A DNA stretch of 64,000 nt, taken from positions 90,892,001 through 90,956,000 of the forward strand of contig CM069134.1 in assembly GCA_035221665.1 (NCBI GenBank), in the 5' to 3' direction. Below are positions 61,231-64,000 of this stretch, one piece after another. The position numbers were made by a program, and so were the translations under genes. Positions within the stretch are counted from its first letter, which is position 1, and each line of letters opens with the position of its first letter. This stretch comes from Okamejei kenojei (taxonomy: Eukaryota). The notes below the pieces were generated by a model. The model was not told the origin of the DNA and ran no database searches. It saw only the letters and a list, made by a program, of their open reading frames with translations.

Positions 61231-64000
61231 CTTCTGGTGGCGCTATGCAGGGCTAGAGACAAGCACCAGCTAGCTCCAAGCAAAATCCGCTAAAAAGCGG
61301 GGAAAAAAACGGGACCTACCTGCTGTTACCGCACCGGCTGCCTGCAACGCGTGAGTGACGTCATCAGGTGCGCGACTCCGGTGGTATATCTATGCAACAT
61401 ACCCCCCCCCCCCCCCCCCAAGCTGAAACAGACCGCTAAACCTAAACAAGCATTGGAAGAAGTAGGCCAGACTGAAGCCTCGGGCTCAGGTACAATGTCG
61501 TCCCAAGAAGATGTTTCGAAGAAACCAAAGACTAAAAAAATCTGAGATAGAAAATTCCGAAGTTCTTCTATCTCAGGAAATTAAAAATATAAAGGAACAA
61601 CTGAAGAATTTTAATGAGAAGTTGAACTTTAAAGCAGAACTTTAAACTTTTAAAGAAGAATTTAAAGAGGAAATGAAAGAAGAAATCAACTCCACCATCC
61701 TTGAACTATTGGACACATGGAAGAATGAAACAGAAGAAAAGCTGGCTCAATAGATTGAGGAGATGGATGGCAAAATCAACTCGATGGAATCCAGCTTTAA
61801 TGACAGGTTGGATCCCATTGATAAATCACTGAGCCAACAGAATATAGCAATAACCCATTTAGAGGAGATTGCTTCAACAAGTGCCGAAATGACAAAACAA
61901 CTTATCAGAGAGAGCCTATCAGATTTACTGAGTAAAATAACTGAAAAATGCACTGAATTGGAAGGACGTCAGAGGCATCAGAATTTAAGAATCGTCGGCA
62001 TTCAAGAAGGAAGAGAGGAGAACCGAGACCCCCGCGAATTCGCTGCAGACTTATTGCAAAAAGTCTTAAATGTGGATCAAAAGCCTCTGCTAGGTCGTGC
62101 ATGAGACGCCACTCACGGGCAGACGCCCCACCAAGACAAATGATAGTGAAGGTGTAATACGATCATGTACTGGAGGAGATGATGGTGAAAATTGTTCGTA
62201 CCAGGAATCTCATATACGATGGAGATAAGATCAGTATTTACCGAGATTATCCTGTGGAGGTCTCCAGGAAGAGAGCTCTGTTTAAAGAGACAAGAATACT
62301 TAAGGATGTGTCAGGTCTGAGGTACGGCTTGATGTACCCGGCAACATTAAGAGTCACCTACTGGCAGAATGAACACATCTTCACTAACCCTAAGGATGCA
62401 TTGGATTTCGCCCAGAACATCGAGAGTGTGCCCGACGACTGAACATTAATCACAAAATACCTGACGTCAACGAACAATGTGACTTTGTAAAGATCTGATG
62501 GAACTTAAGCTGTTATACTTAAGGACAAATGAAATTGGACAAGGATTGTTGAGCAAGGCTTTCCCTATGGAAATACCACACTCATATTTACTATTAACAT
62601 TAACAACTGACAAATACTAATCATAACTGCTCGGTACTACTAATAATTATTACTAATGGTTACTAACTACTTATAATTGGATTACTTAGAATTAGTTAAA
62701 ATGGCAACTAAGTACGGTTGGATTTAAAGCTTGATTTTACTTTTTTTCTTCTTCTGTTCTCTCTTTTTGATATAGATGAGACATACTGTTTGTTGATAAT
62801 AGTTGCCTTTATATTTTGTACTTTTTACTAATGGATTATGAATACTTTAGAACTTAAAATGTTTTCCACCTCCCCGGTAAAATATAGCTTTGAAATTTCA
62901 TCTTAAAGAGAGCATGAAGCTAGTTAAGTTTTTTTATTTTTCAAAGGCTACGGAAGTCTGTAGATGGCTAGCTACGTAGTATGGCTATCACTAACTGCAC
63001 TAACTATAGATGTAGTTTTTTCTTTCCTTTTGCACTTTACTAACCGCCTACTCTATCGTTTTATCTATATAATACTTTATTATAACTTTAAGTTTGAATA
63101 AGTTTTATCAAAGGAGATATGTACGGGAGAAAGACCAACGAGATTTAAAATTCATCTATCTGATGTTCGGGTGTAATGTCGGGCTTGTTGAGCTGAACCA
63201 TCTGCTCTTTTATAGACCACCCTAAACAAAAGATGCAAGATTTGAATATGAAGATTGGGGATGAAGGAATCACATTTTGTAGTTGGAACGTTAAGGGTAT
63301 TAACGAACCAATCAAGAGAGGTAAAATATTAGCACATTTAAAAGCACTCAAAACAGATATAATATTCCTTCAGGAAACTCACCTTAAAAGGAAGCAGAGC
63401 ATAGATTGAAAGCTAAATGGATTGATAAAACGTATCATTCCTCATTTTAGCATAAATCCAGAGGTGTTGCAATACTAATCCGTCAAGGGATACCTATAAA
63501 ACACCTATCAACTATAACGGACAATGATGGTAGATATATTGTATTAATAGGTGAATTATATGCAAAAAAAGTGACTTATTAATGTTTATGGACCAAATTT
63601 TGATAGTCCCTTGTTTTTTAAGAAAATATTTAATACAATTCCGGAACTTATACAATACATTTTAATAATTGGAGGAGACTTAAATTGTACACTAGACCCC
63701 TATTTAGACAGATCATCAAGACAACGGAAAATAAAATCGCAGTCAAGTGACTTATTAAATGCATATATAGATACTAGTAATATTAAGGATGTCTGGAGAA
63801 TTGAAAACCCAACTGGACGAGAATATTCATGTTACTCATAGGTACATAAAACATATTCAACAATAAATTATTTTCTAGTGGATTCCAAGCTTATCTCATT
63901 TACTTACAACTCAAAATATCACGACATTATAATCTCGGACCATGCACCCTTAACATTTATGATTAAACTAAATGGAAGGACGGAGAAACAGTCACAATGG
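61231..64000 (+). mobile_element. L1 LINE 5' part: 5' UTR, degenerate ORF1 (about 61392-62442), spacer, ORF2 endonuclease from 63233
   Basis: GC-rich start cttctggtggcgc; coiled coil then RHQNLRIVGI and YGLMYPATLRV; SWNVKG, FLQETH, GGDLN; homologous to the first L1. Confidence 0.92.

Noticed and set aside
61356-61363. Perfect CRE site TGACGTCA
   Set aside because: It lies in the L1 5' UTR, and a single 8-mer is not enough to call a host regulatory site.

Overview
Vertebrate genomic DNA, most likely from a cartilaginous fish (skate or ray). I infer this from the repeat content: CR1/HER1-type LINEs, their tRNA-derived SINEs and Penelope elements. The only supported host gene is a + strand silent (modifier) voltage-gated K+ channel subunit that best matches KCNG2/Kv6.2. 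It has two coding exons (8676-9410 and 24809-25573, about 499 aa) split by a 15.4 kb phase-0 intron. Most of the rest is nested, decayed mobile DNA: Penelope fragments; CR1, L2, Rex1, Vingi/Ingi-like and two L1 LINEs; SINEs; a full-length Passport-like Tc1; a Gypsy and a BEL/Pao LTR element, each with both LTRs and a target site duplication (TSD); several MITEs; and a probable non-autonomous Helitron. There is a 149-nt assembly gap. The most interesting signal is a 90-320 bp non-coding element derived from the Penelope terminal repeat. It carries a minimal hammerhead-ribozyme-like core (CTGAAGA-stem-GAAACGTC), inserts on its own with 10-17 bp TSDs, and occurs as solo, inverted and tandem (50-51 nt period) copies. 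All calls were made by eye with no searches run. Boundaries of old repeats are approximate.
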